From positions 59,247 through 123,246 of the forward strand of contig JAXDAV010000032.1 of assembly GCA_034679465.1 (NCBI GenBank): a stretch of DNA of 64,000 nucleotides, written 5' to 3'. This document shows, piece by piece, positions 18,209-26,742 of the stretch; position 1 is the first letter of the stretch, and every line of letters begins with the position of its first letter. The notes beneath the pieces are model-generated. The model was not told the DNA's origin and did no database searches. It worked only from the letters and a program-made list of their open reading frames with translations. Made by a program: the position numbers and the translations under genes. Origin of the DNA: Candidatus Aminicenantes bacterium. GTDB lineage: Bacteria; Acidobacteriota; Aminicenantia; Aminicenantales; Saccharicenantaceae.

Positions 18209-18991
18209 TTAGAACAGGGCCGAATTGATGGCGTAGAGCGCCAGCTGGAGCCGGCTGTGGGTGTCGAGCTTGGCATAGATGCTCTTGATGTGCGAGCGAA
18301 CCGTGTTCTTGCTGATGAACATCAGCTCGGCGATCTCGTCGTTACTCTTGCCCTGGCCGATCAGGCGCAGGACCTGGAACTCGGTCGGGGTGAGCTGGTC
18401 GAGCGTCTTTTCCTTGAGCTCCCGGCCGACGACCGAGATGATGCGGTCCATGATGCTGGACATCTTGTCACGGGGGAGCCAGATCTCGCCCTTGTGGACG
18501 GCGCGGACGGCCTCCGGCAGCTGGGTCGAGGCGTCGTTGAGGTCGAAGTAGCCCCGGGCCCCGGCGTTGATGAGGTTGACGATCTCCTCGTGGGCCGGGA
18601 TGCTGCCCATGAGCAGCAGCTCCGACCGGCCCTGCGTCTTGGCGATCTCGCGGATGGCTTTGCAGATTTCGCGGAGATTGGGCAGGGCCTCCATGTGGGC
18701 GAAGAGGATGACCTGGGGCCTCAGCTTCTTGATCGAATCCATGAACGACTCGATCGTGTTCTTTTCGATGTTCAGGATCTCCAGCTCCGGGTCCGCCTCG
18801 AGCGCCCTCAGGATGCCGGCCAGGATGATGTCGGACGGGCAAAAGACGAGGAGCGTGATCTTCGACTCGGAGGTCACGGGGGTCTTCTTTTTCTCCATGC
18901 TGATCTCGTCCCCCTTTGCGGGTTTTGGTGTCTTGGAAGGCTTGTCCATCGGGTCGCCCGCATCATAAGTCATTCCCGAAGGGCTTGTCAA
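18209..18991 (-). CDS. LuxR-family transcriptional regulator with atypical (probably non-phosphorylatable) receiver domain
   Basis: C-terminal LuxR/FixJ HTH (LTPTEFQVLRLIGQGKSNDEIAELMFISKNTVRSHIKSIYAKL). The N-terminal REC-like fold lacks the conserved phospho-acceptor Asp (...VILFAHMEALP...) and the conserved Lys (GARGYFDLND). Confidence 0.7.
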   Translation of the reverse strand: MTSPSGMTYDAGDPMDKPSKTPKPAKGDEISMEKKKTPVTSESKITLLVFCPSDIILAGILRALEADPELEILNIEKNTIESFMDSIKKLRPQVILFAHMEALPNLREICKAIREIAKTQGRSELLLMGSIPAHEEIVNLINAGARGYFDLNDASTQLPEAVRAVHKGEIWLPRDKMSSIMDRIISVVGRELKEKTLDQLTPTEFQVLRLIGQGKSNDEIAELMFISKNTVRSHIKSIYAKLDTHSRLQLALYAINSALF

Positions 18992-19025
18992 GCACGGGGG
19001 GTGAGGGGGGGTGAGACGGGGCGGC

Positions 19026-19053
19026 TAGCCTGGACTATTCATAAAAACGCCGG
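19026..19053. repeat. 28-bp repeat copy 1 (tagcctggactattcataaaaacgccgg)
   Basis: Exact reverse-complement of 63835-63862. It overlaps the terminator hairpin after the PilZ-like gene. Confidence 0.8.
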
Positions 19054-19066
19054 CCCTAAGCCGGCG
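19048..19066 (-). terminator. rho-independent terminator hairpin (gccggc ttagg gccggc + T-run on minus strand)
   Basis: The stem cgccggc/gccggcg is followed on the minus strand by TTTTTAT. The PilZ-like gene's stop codon lies in the loop. Confidence 0.5.
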
Positions 19067-19481
19067 GCACGCTGTTCGGGTGGAGGCGGAAGCCGCGGTC
19101 CAGGCGGGCGACGATGAACTGGGACTTCTCGTCCTTGTCTTCCAGCCGGACATAGACCACCGCGCCGGACAGGACCAGGCGCAGGGGGCTCTCGAGGATG
19201 AGGGTCCTCGGGATATCCAGGAACAGGGTCACCCGCGAGTCGATCATGAGGCGGGCCTTGAGGCGGAAGGACACCTGTTGAGCGCTGATGCCGCAGACCG
19301 CGGTCCTCTCCTCGAACTTGCGGCCCGTGGCGTCGAGGCCCTTGACCAAGGCCGGAAGAGAGAGCTCGAACGATCGCTCCCTTTTTCCGGCCTTGGCCGC
19401 GCCTTGGGTGGAGGGATCATGAAGGGACTTGACCATTTCCATGTCGTTCGCTATTCTCGCGGCTCTTTGGCCCCCGGACAA
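19056..19481 (-). CDS. PilZ-like domain protein (degenerate motif)
   Basis: KRERSFEL (RxxxR-like) and a C-terminal region paralogous to the other three PilZ proteins (RVTLFLDIPRTLILESPLRLVLSGAVVYV). Confidence 0.45.
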   Translation of the reverse strand: MSGGQRAARIANDMEMVKSLHDPSTQGAAKAGKRERSFELSLPALVKGLDATGRKFEERTAVCGISAQQVSFRLKARLMIDSRVTLFLDIPRTLILESPLRLVLSGAVVYVRLEDKDEKSQFIVARLDRGFRLHPNSVPPA

Positions 19482-19577
19482 TCGCTCCTGACGGGGAATC
19501 GCGGGGTCATATTCGGGCCGCTCGTCTCACCGCCAGGGGCTAGGCGCCCGGGCCGGCGTCGGCCGCCGGCCGTCCGG

Positions 19578-19979
19578 TCATGCGGCGTCCGCCTGGATGA
19601 TGTAGCGGGACTCGAGGCGGATGGCGACCTGGGGGGCCGCCCCGCCCTCGCTCGGGTCGATGTCGACGATCGTGCCCTTGACGACCAGGGTGAGGTTCCG
19701 TCCTTCCCCCAGCTTGGGCGGAAGGACGATCGAGAGCTTCAGGCGGGACCCCGGGGCGACGGGGCTCCAGAGCGGAAAGACGGCGCCCTGATGGCTCATG
19801 TACGCGAGGGTCGTATCCTCGCGGAAGAAGGTCCCGCTCGGGTCGGGTCCTTCGACGCTCATGGGCAAGGTGAGCTTGAATCCCCGTTCGGCAGGCCGGT
19901 GCCGGAAGGGCCTGGACTCCCAGGATGTCCTGCTCGTCATGACGACTTCCTTTTCCTTCGAAATTGGCGTGTCCAGCAT
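19578..19979 (-). CDS. PilZ-like domain protein
   Basis: RPFRHRPAER and LAYMSHQGAVF, with a C-terminal RLKLSIVLPPKLGEGRNLTLVVKGTIV paralogous to the gene at 17784-18188. Confidence 0.45.
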   Translation of the reverse strand: MLDTPISKEKEVVMTSRTSWESRPFRHRPAERGFKLTLPMSVEGPDPSGTFFREDTTLAYMSHQGAVFPLWSPVAPGSRLKLSIVLPPKLGEGRNLTLVVKGTIVDIDPSEGGAAPQVAIRLESRYIIQADAA

Positions 19980-20056
19980 GGCACGGCGGTCCGCGGACGG
20001 TCAATCACCCCTGACGATGAAGCCCCGGGGGATATTCCCGCGGCTCCGGCCTTTCC

Positions 20057-20085
20057 TTGACAATCCGCGACCTCGCGGCTAGAAT
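20057..20085 (+). promoter_or_regulatory. sigma70-type promoter for proS
   Basis: TTGACA (20057-20062), a 17-nt spacer, TAGAAT (20080-20085). GAAGGAG RBS sits 6 nt before GTG 20115. Confidence 0.55.
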
Positions 20086-20114
20086 CGTAAAACGCTCAAA
20101 GAGAAGGAGATGTC

Positions 20115-21569
20115 GTGAACGAGTCCGACCGCCAGGTGAAGCAGATCACGCCGAAGAGCGACGACTTTTCGAAGTGGTACGTCGAGATCGTCCAGAAGAC
20201 CGAGCTGGCCGACTACACCCCGATGAAGGGAATGATGGTCATCCGGCCGCACGGCTACGCGGTCTGGGAGAACGTCCAGAAGGCCCTCGATCTCCGCATC
20301 AAGGCCAGCGGCCACGTCAACGCCTACTTCCCCCTGTTCATCCCCGAGAGCTTCCTCCAGAAGGAGGCCGAGCACGTCCAGGGCTTCTCGCCCGAGGTGG
20401 CCTGGGTCACCGTCGGCGGCAAGGAGGAGCTCGAGGAACGGCTGGCCGTCCGCCCGACCTCCGAAGCCATCATCGGCCACATGTACGCCAAGTGGATCAA
20501 GTCCTGGCGGGACCTGCCGGTCCTGATCAACCAGTGGGCCAACATCGTCCGCTGGGAGAAAGTGACCCGGCCCTTCCTCCGGACGACCGAGTTCCTGTGG
20601 CAGGAAGGCCACACCTGTCACGAGACGGCCGAGGAAGGCGAGGCCGAGACGCTGAGGATCCTCGACCTCTATCGGGACGTCTGCGAGACGGAGCTGGCCA
20701 TTCCCGTCCTCACCGGCCGCAAATCGCTCAGCGAGAAATTCGCCGGGGCCTCGATGACCTACGCCGTCGAGGCCCTCATGTCCGACGGCAAGGCGCTCCA
20801 GATGGCGACCTCCCACAACCTCGGCCAGCATTTCTCCAAGGCGTTCGACATCAAGTTCGAGGACCGCAATCAGACCCTCCAGTATGTCTGGCAGACCTCC
20901 TGGGGGATGACGACCCGGACGATCGGCGCGCTCATCATGGTCCACGGCGACGATTCCGGCCTGCGCTTCCCGCCCCGGGTCGCCCCCGTCCAGGTCATGG
21001 TTGTGCCCATCTCGATCGGCAACTGGAAAGAGACGGTCCTTCCGGCCGCCCGGGCCGCGGTCGAGGGCCTGCGCCGGGCCGGCCTCCGGGCCGCGATCGA
21101 CGCCCGCGAGGAGATGACGCCGGGCTGGAAGTTCTCCGAATACGAGATGCGGGGCGTGCCCCTGCGGGTCGAGATCGGCCCCCGGGACGTCAAGGCCGGC
21201 CAGGCCGTGCTCGTCCGCCGCGACACCAAGGCCAAGGAGACCGCGCCTCTGGCCTCGCTCGCCGCCCGCGTCCCCGCGCTCCTCGACGAGATCCAGGCCG
21301 GGCTCATGGCCCAGGCCCGGGCCTTCCTCGAGGCCAACATCCGCGACGCCGCCGATTACGCGGGCTTCAAGGACATCCTCGAGAACCGGCGCGGCTTCGT
21401 CCGGGCCGCCTGGTGCGGCGACGAGGCCTGCGAGGCCCGGATCAAGGCCGAGACCATGGCCACGATCCGCGTCATCCCGCTCGACCCCGAAGAGGCCGGC
21501 CCCGGCCGGCCCTGCGCGGCCTGCGGAGCCAAGGGCCAGGCCGTGGCCTATTTCGCCCGCGCCTACTGA
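20115..21569 (+). CDS. proS: proline--tRNA ligase, archaeal/eukaryote-like type
   Basis: N-terminal DFSKWYVEIVQKTELADY...RPHGYAVWE and a C-terminal zinc-binding tail are typical of the short archaeal-type ProRS. GTG start. Confidence 0.85.
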   Translation: MNESDRQVKQITPKSDDFSKWYVEIVQKTELADYTPMKGMMVIRPHGYAVWENVQKALDLRIKASGHVNAYFPLFIPESFLQKEAEHVQGFSPEVAWVTVGGKEELEERLAVRPTSEAIIGHMYAKWIKSWRDLPVLINQWANIVRWEKVTRPFLRTTEFLWQEGHTCHETAEEGEAETLRILDLYRDVCETELAIPVLTGRKSLSEKFAGASMTYAVEALMSDGKALQMATSHNLGQHFSKAFDIKFEDRNQTLQYVWQTSWGMTTRTIGALIMVHGDDSGLRFPPRVAPVQVMVVPISIGNWKETVLPAARAAVEGLRRAGLRAAIDAREEMTPGWKFSEYEMRGVPLRVEIGPRDVKAGQAVLVRRDTKAKETAPLASLAARVPALLDEIQAGLMAQARAFLEANIRDAADYAGFKDILENRRGFVRAAWCGDEACEARIKAETMATIRVIPLDPEEAGPGRPCAACGAKGQAVAYFARAY

Positions 21570-21622
21570 TCGGAAGGGGAGGCCCCCCGTTGACGGATGA
21601 GTTCGCCCGAGAACGCCGGCTG

Positions 21623-22222
21623 ATGACGGAGTCCCAGATCCGGGCGCGCGGGGTGCGGGACCCGCTCGTCCTGGCCGCCATGGCCAAAGTCCCCCGACAC
21701 CTCTTCGTCCCCGAAGGCCTGCGGGCCCATGCCTACGCCGACGAGCCCCTGCCGATCGGCGACGGCCAGACGATCTCCCAGCCCTATATCGTGGCCTACA
21801 TGACCGAGGCCCTCGGTCTCCGGAGCGGGGAGAAGGTCCTGGAGATCGGGACCGGCTCGGGCTATCAGACGGCCGTCCTGGCCGAGATCGCCGGCGAGGT
21901 CCGGACGATCGAGATCGTCGGGGCCTTGGCCGAGCGGGCCCACGGCGTTCTCGAGAGCCTGGGCTACGCCAACATCCGCTTTCGCGTGGGCGACGGATCG
22001 GAGGGCTGGCCCGACGGGGCGCCTTTCGACGCCGTCATGGTCACGGCCGCGGCGCCGGTGATGCCCCGGAAGCTCGAGGACCAGCTCGCCGTCGGGGGCC
22101 GGATGATCGTCCCGGTGGGCACGGACCTGCAGGAGCTCGTCCTCGTGCGGCGGACCCGGAAGGGGACCGAAAAGGAGAGGCTGCTGGCCGTCCGCTTCGT
22201 CCCCCTGGTCAAGGCCCGCTGA
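21623..22222 (+). CDS. pcm: protein-L-isoaspartate O-methyltransferase
   Basis: VPRHLFVPE, TISQPYIVAYM, and the SAM-binding motif VLEIGTGSGYQTAVLA. An alternative TTG start at 21590 is possible. Confidence 0.85.
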   Translation: MTESQIRARGVRDPLVLAAMAKVPRHLFVPEGLRAHAYADEPLPIGDGQTISQPYIVAYMTEALGLRSGEKVLEIGTGSGYQTAVLAEIAGEVRTIEIVGALAERAHGVLESLGYANIRFRVGDGSEGWPDGAPFDAVMVTAAAPVMPRKLEDQLAVGGRMIVPVGTDLQELVLVRRTRKGTEKERLLAVRFVPLVKAR

Positions 22223-22260
22223 CCACAGCCGGGGGGCCTCCCGCGGCGCGCCGCGCGGAC

Positions 22261-22875
22261 TCAGTCTCGGTCGTCCTGGCCGTAATAGACGACCTTCGGC
22301 GGCTTCTGGGGGTCCAGCCCGAAAAAGAACAGCCACTTGTCGTGGCTTTCCTGGTCGTTGTAGATCTTGATCGACTTGGCGGTCGACGAGCTGACGACGC
22401 CGAGGATGCGGGGGCTCTTGATGGCGGTCAGGGCCCTTTCGGGCGCGACCAGCACCTCCTGGACGACCGGGGTCGCCGTCGGGCTCCCCCCGGCCGTCCC
22501 GGAAACGGAGCCGCCGGCGTCCCCCTGACGGGATGGCGAGAGGCCCCCTGCCCGGCCCGAGGCCAGGACGACGTTCCACCGGCCGTCCCGGCCGAACGGG
22601 TCCCGGTAGAGCCGCCGGATGCACTTCTTATCGAGAAGCTCCTTGAGGCTCTCCGGATAGCGGCCGGGGTTCTTCTGGACGTAGATGCGGACGGCCTCGG
22701 CGTACTGCCGGCCGCGGAAGATGAGCTCCTCTTCCCTCTCCCGCTGGAGCTCGGTCTGCCAGACGGGCACGGCGACGAGCAGGCCGAGGGTCATCACGAA
22801 GATCGCCATCATCAGGATGATGAGGACGTAGCCCGGCGGGCCCGGCCGGTCACCAGGTGTTATAGGGCGTTCCAT
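22261..22875 (-). CDS. GspG-like pseudopilin-family protein (atypical N-terminus)
   Basis: Hydrophobic N-terminal helix (PGYVLIILMMAIFVMTLGLLVAV) and a GspG-like core (YVQKNPGRYPESLKELLDKKCIRRLYRDPFGRD). It lacks the canonical GFTLIE cleavage motif. Start taken at ATG 22875. Confidence 0.5.
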   Translation of the reverse strand: MERPITPGDRPGPPGYVLIILMMAIFVMTLGLLVAVPVWQTELQREREEELIFRGRQYAEAVRIYVQKNPGRYPESLKELLDKKCIRRLYRDPFGRDGRWNVVLASGRAGGLSPSRQGDAGGSVSGTAGGSPTATPVVQEVLVAPERALTAIKSPRILGVVSSSTAKSIKIYNDQESHDKWLFFFGLDPQKPPKVVYYGQDDRD

Positions 22876-23305
22876 CGATGGGCGACTTGAGGTCCGATCC
22901 GGATTTGACGTCGATGACCCCGGGGATCTCGGCCAGCATGGGGTCCTCGGGGGAGGGGAGCTCGCGGACCTCGATCCAGGTCGTCGCGAGGTGGGTGACG
23001 GGGTCGACCGGGATTTCCCGGATATAGCTGTCCTGGACCAGGGTCTGGAGGGTGGCCGGGTACTTGCCCTTGTCCTGGGCGTACTGGTCGATGAGCTTGC
23101 GCAGGATGAACAGGTTCTCCTTGAGGACGGCCTCGCGGGCCTTGACCGTCGCCGACTTGTAGGTCGGCAGGCCCAGGCCGACCAGGAGCCCGATGATGCC
23201 GAGGACGATGATGATCTCGATGAGGGTGAAGCCGCGCTCACCAGTCCCTGTATTTGGTCCCGTCGAGGGCCACCGCCGGGCTCTTCGTGTAGACATCATA
23301 GACAT
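22850..23305 (-). CDS. prepilin-type N-terminal cleavage/methylation domain protein (pseudopilin)
   Basis: GFTLIEIIIVLGIIGLLV prepilin motif. The leader is unusually long and the only in-frame ATGs (23296-23305) overlap the upstream pseudopilin gene by about 60 nt. 26-nt overlap with the downstream gene. Confidence 0.6.
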   Translation of the reverse strand: MSMMSTRRARRWPSTGPNTGTGERGFTLIEIIIVLGIIGLLVGLGLPTYKSATVKAREAVLKENLFILRKLIDQYAQDKGKYPATLQTLVQDSYIREIPVDPVTHLATTWIEVRELPSPEDPMLAEIPGVIDVKSGSDLKSPIDGTPYNTW

Positions 23306-23729
23306 TCTCCTCTCCCCAGACGTCGGAATCGAAGTCGTCCTGGTAGGACCTCAGGCCCCAGTCGTAGGAATTCGTCATGGGGTCCTTGGGGATGCGGCGG
23401 AGGAGCTTGACGGTCTTCTTGGCCCCCGCTTTGCCCTTGGAGTCCTTGTCCTGGATCTCGACGCCCTCGACCAGGGTCTCGAGCGTGGGCGGATAGCCCT
23501 CGGTGTCCTCGTCGACCTCGAACTTCCTCTCGTCGGCGAGCTTCTTGTAGGCGTCGATCGCCTCGCGCATCATCCGCAGGGCCCGCTGGAGCTCGATCTC
23601 GTTGCTGCGCTTGACGGCCATCTTGCCGAGGGGCAGTCCGGCCAGGGCCAGGACGGCCACGAGCGAAAGGGTGACGATCATCTCGATGAGGGTGAAGCCC
23701 GGGCGGTCGCGTCTGTGTCGCATCGTCAT
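23238..23729 (-). CDS. prepilin-type N-terminal cleavage/methylation domain protein (GspG-like pseudopilin)
   Basis: MTMRHRRDRPGFTLIEMIVTLSLVAVLA prepilin leader plus Gly-Phe cleavage site. Confidence 0.7.
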   Translation of the reverse strand: MTMRHRRDRPGFTLIEMIVTLSLVAVLALAGLPLGKMAVKRSNEIELQRALRMMREAIDAYKKLADERKFEVDEDTEGYPPTLETLVEGVEIQDKDSKGKAGAKKTVKLLRRIPKDPMTNSYDWGLRSYQDDFDSDVWGEENVYDVYTKSPAVALDGTKYRDW

Positions 23730-23791
23730 GGCCGCCGGCCGCGGGGCGCCGCGGCAGGCTCTTTTCGATTATAGGCCAACGGCCGGGGAAA

Positions 23792-26002
23792 TCAAAACCG
23801 GCCGCGGCCGCCCCGGTCGCGTCCGCCCCCGCCTCCGCTCCGGCGGTCGGGGCCGTGGTCGCGGGGAGGGTAGCGCCGCGGCGCCGGGGGCCGCGGGGTC
23901 GAATCCGGGTTGTCCCCGCCGCCGCCCTCTTCGCAGGCCTTCTTGCTCAGGCGGATCTTGTTGTCGGCGGGGTCGATGCTGACGACTTTGACCGTGACCG
24001 TGTCGCCGAGATGGAGCGCGTCGTGGATGCTGGCGATCCGGTACGGGGCGACCTCGGAGATGTGCAGGAGGCCGACCAGGTTGGGCATGATCTCGACGAA
24101 GGCCCCGTACTCCTCGATCCGGACGACCTTGCCGGTGTAGACCTGGCCGAGCTCGGCCTCGGCCGTGAGGTCGAGGATCATCTGCTTGGCCGCCTCGGCC
24201 GCGGACATGTCCGTCGAGGCGATGAGGATCTTGCCGTCCTCCTCGATGTCGATCTTGGCCCCGGTCTGGCTGATGATCTTCTTGATGACCTTGCCGGCGG
24301 GACCGATGACCTCGCCGACCTTCTCGGGGTTGATGTTGAGGATGATGATGCGCGGCGCGTAGACGGAGATGGCCGGCCGCGGCTCGGCGATGGCCTCCTT
24401 CATCCGGGCCAGGACCTTGAGCCGGGCGGCCTTGGACTTGGCCATGATCTCGCGGAGCTGGGCCACCGTGACGCAGGGGATCTTGAGGTCGAGCTGGATG
24501 GCCGTGACGCCGGTCTCGGTGCCGGCCATCTTGAAGTCCATGTCGCCGAAATGGTCCTCGAGACCGGCGATGTCGGTCAGGACGGCGAAGTCGTCGCATT
24601 CCGAAACGAGGCCCATGGCGATGCCGGCGACGACCATCTTGAGCGGCACGCCCGCGTCCATGAGGGCCAGGACGCCGCCGCAGACGGTGGCCATCGACGA
24701 GGAGCCGTTGCTCTCGAGGATGTCCGAGACGATGCGGATGGTGTAGGGGAACGTCTCCATGTCGGGGATGGCCGGCAGGATGGACTTCTCGGCCAGGGCG
24801 CCGTGCCCGATCTCGCGGCGGCCGGGGGCGCGCAGGAAGCCGACCTCGCCGACGGAGAAGGACGGGAAGTTGTAGTGGAGCATGAACCGCTTCCTCGATT
24901 CCTCGCCCAGGCTGTCGAGGCGCTGGGCGTCCTCGAAGGTCCCCAGCGTGACCGTGGCCAGGGCCTGGGTCTCGCCGCGGGTGAACACGGCCGAGCCGTG
25001 GGTGCGGGTCAGGAGGCCGACCTCGGCCGTGATCGGCCGGATGTCGTCGAAGCCGCGGCCGTCGGTGCGGAGCTTCTTCTTGAGGACGAGGTCGCGGAAG
25101 AGCTTCTCCTCGAGCTTATAGAGGAGGGCCTTGGTCTCGATCCTCTCCTCGGGCTTGTCTTCGGGGACGAGGGCCAGGGCGGCCTCGCGGACCGCGGCCA
25201 GGGCGGCCTCGCTGGCCTTCTTGCCCTTGACCTGCATGGCCTGGAGCAGGGCCGGGCCCTGTTCGCTCTCGAGCCGGGCCAGCTTCTCGAGGTCGACGGG
25301 CTTGGCCGTGAACTCGCGCTTTTTGATCCCCAGCTGGGCGAAGAGGTCTTTCTGGGCCTGGATGATCCGCTGGTTGGTCTCGTGGGCCAGGGTCAGGCCG
25401 TCGAGGACCTTCTGCTCGTCGATCTCCTGGGCGCCGGCCTCGATCATGATGATGCCGCTCTCGTTGCTGACGACGGTCATGTTGAGCGGACTGCGGTCGA
25501 GCTCCTGGTCCGTCGGATTGACGACATAGGCCCCGTCGACGAGGCCGATCTTGACGGCGCCGAGGGGCGTCGTGAAGGGGATGTCGGAGAAGTAGAGCGC
25601 GGCCGAGGCGCCGATGACGCCGAGGGTGTCCGGCTCGCTCTCGAGGTCGGCCGACAGGAGCAGGCCGACGACCTGGGTGTCGAAGAAGTAGCCCTCCGGG
25701 AAGAGCGGCCGGATGGGGCGGTCGATCTGGCGGGCCATGAGGATCTCCCGCTCCGAGGGCCGGCCTTCGCGCTTGAAGAACCCGCCGGGGATCTTGCCCG
25801 CGGCGTAGGTGTTCTCGCGGTAATCGACGATGAGAGGCAGGAAGTCCTTGCCTTCCTTGAGCTCCTTGCGGGAGGTGGCCGTGACCAGCATCATCGTGTC
25901 GCCGTAGCGCACCAGGGCCGAGCCGTCGGCCTGCTTGGCGATCCGGCCGATGTCGATGGTCAGGGCGCGCTTGTTGATCTCCAGACTGATAGTGTGGGAC
26001 AT
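23792..26002 (-). CDS. pnp: polyribonucleotide nucleotidyltransferase (PNPase) with Arg/Gly-rich C-terminal tail
   Basis: Two RNase PH-like domains, KH and S1. The last 55 aa (...GGGGDNPDSTPRPPAPRRYPPRDHGPDRRSGGGGGRDRGGRGRF) form a low-complexity tail. Confidence 0.9.
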   Translation of the reverse strand: MSHTISLEINKRALTIDIGRIAKQADGSALVRYGDTMMLVTATSRKELKEGKDFLPLIVDYRENTYAAGKIPGGFFKREGRPSEREILMARQIDRPIRPLFPEGYFFDTQVVGLLLSADLESEPDTLGVIGASAALYFSDIPFTTPLGAVKIGLVDGAYVVNPTDQELDRSPLNMTVVSNESGIIMIEAGAQEIDEQKVLDGLTLAHETNQRIIQAQKDLFAQLGIKKREFTAKPVDLEKLARLESEQGPALLQAMQVKGKKASEAALAAVREAALALVPEDKPEERIETKALLYKLEEKLFRDLVLKKKLRTDGRGFDDIRPITAEVGLLTRTHGSAVFTRGETQALATVTLGTFEDAQRLDSLGEESRKRFMLHYNFPSFSVGEVGFLRAPGRREIGHGALAEKSILPAIPDMETFPYTIRIVSDILESNGSSSMATVCGGVLALMDAGVPLKMVVAGIAMGLVSECDDFAVLTDIAGLEDHFGDMDFKMAGTETGVTAIQLDLKIPCVTVAQLREIMAKSKAARLKVLARMKEAIAEPRPAISVYAPRIIILNINPEKVGEVIGPAGKVIKKIISQTGAKIDIEEDGKILIASTDMSAAEAAKQMILDLTAEAELGQVYTGKVVRIEEYGAFVEIMPNLVGLLHISEVAPYRIASIHDALHLGDTVTVKVVSIDPADNKIRLSKKACEEGGGGDNPDSTPRPPAPRRYPPRDHGPDRRSGGGGGRDRGGRGRF

Positions 26003-26026
26003 GGGGTGTTCCTTTGGAGGCGGGGC

Positions 26027-26293
26027 CTACTTGCGCAGGCCGAGCTTCTGGATGAGCTTCTCGTAGCGGCTGACATCTTGTTTCTTGATGTACTCGAGGA
26101 GCCGCTTTCTCTGCCCGACCAGTTTCATGAGGCCGGCCCGGGAATGAAAGTCTTTCTTGTGGTCGCCGAAGTGCCTGACGAGAAGGTTGATCCGCTCCGT
26201 CAGCAAGGCGACCTGGATCTCAGGCGATCCCGAGTCGGCGGGATGGGCCTGATTGTCCTTGACGATCTTCGTCTTCTGGTCCTTGCTAATCAC
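26027..26293 (-). CDS. rpsO: 30S ribosomal protein S15
   Basis: ...[47 protein letters not shown]... GTG start at 26291-26293 with AGGAGA 10 nt upstream. The listed ORF extends to an upstream ATG that would add 21 atypical residues. Confidence 0.85.
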   Translation of the reverse strand: MISKDQKTKIVKDNQAHPADSGSPEIQVALLTERINLLVRHFGDHKKDFHSRAGLMKLVGQRKRLLEYIKKQDVSRYEKLIQKLGLRK

Positions 26294-26411
26294 GCTGTTC
26301 TGTTCTCCTGATGTTTTTTTCCGCCATATCTTAGCAGAAAACGGACGGAAAGACAACAGGCCTCGCGGAAGGTCGCGGAATGGGCGGGGAAAGAGGGGAG
26401 GGACCCGGGGC

Positions 26412-26576
26412 TCAGGCCGACAGGGCCTTCTTGCGGGCCTGGAGCTGGCGGGCGTACTTGGAGGTCAGGCCGCCCTGCTTCTCCCGGCACTCGGCCAGCT
26501 CGGCCTCGAGCTCGGCCAGGGTCAAGGCGTTCAGCTTCTTTCTCTTCGGCGTCGTGTCCTTCTTTTCGTCGGCCAT
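26412..26576 (-). CDS. small basic hypothetical protein (54 aa)
   Basis: ATG preceded by AAGGA about 9 nt upstream, with GC3-rich codons ([54 protein letters not shown]). Not in the six-frame track because it is under 60 aa. Confidence 0.35.
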   Translation of the reverse strand: MADEKKDTTPKRKKLNALTLAELEAELAECREKQGGLTSKYARQLQARKKALSA

Positions 26577-26742
26577 TCTTGCGATCCTTTCGGGTTATCC
26601 GGGGCGCGGGACGGCCGCCGGGAGCGCCTAATCTACCAGAAACTCCGGGGGAAGGCAAATCGCGGGGGGGCCGGCCGCGGGCCGAGGGGCGGTCCGGCGG
26701 CGTGTTTACTCGCGACCGGATTTTGACTATGATGCGAAGGAC

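Noticed and set aside
18257-19117. 286-aa ORF on the plus strand, and the 63669-63926 ORF on the minus strand, sharing the peptide LAWTIHKNAG
   Set aside because: The shared peptide is the translation of the 28-bp terminator-associated repeat. Both ORFs are antisense or intergenic read-throughs, not a conserved protein family.
20057-22222. 721-aa ORF spanning proS and pcm
   Set aside because: Only its last 199 codons (pcm) are meaningful. The upstream part is an Arg-rich alternative frame of proS.
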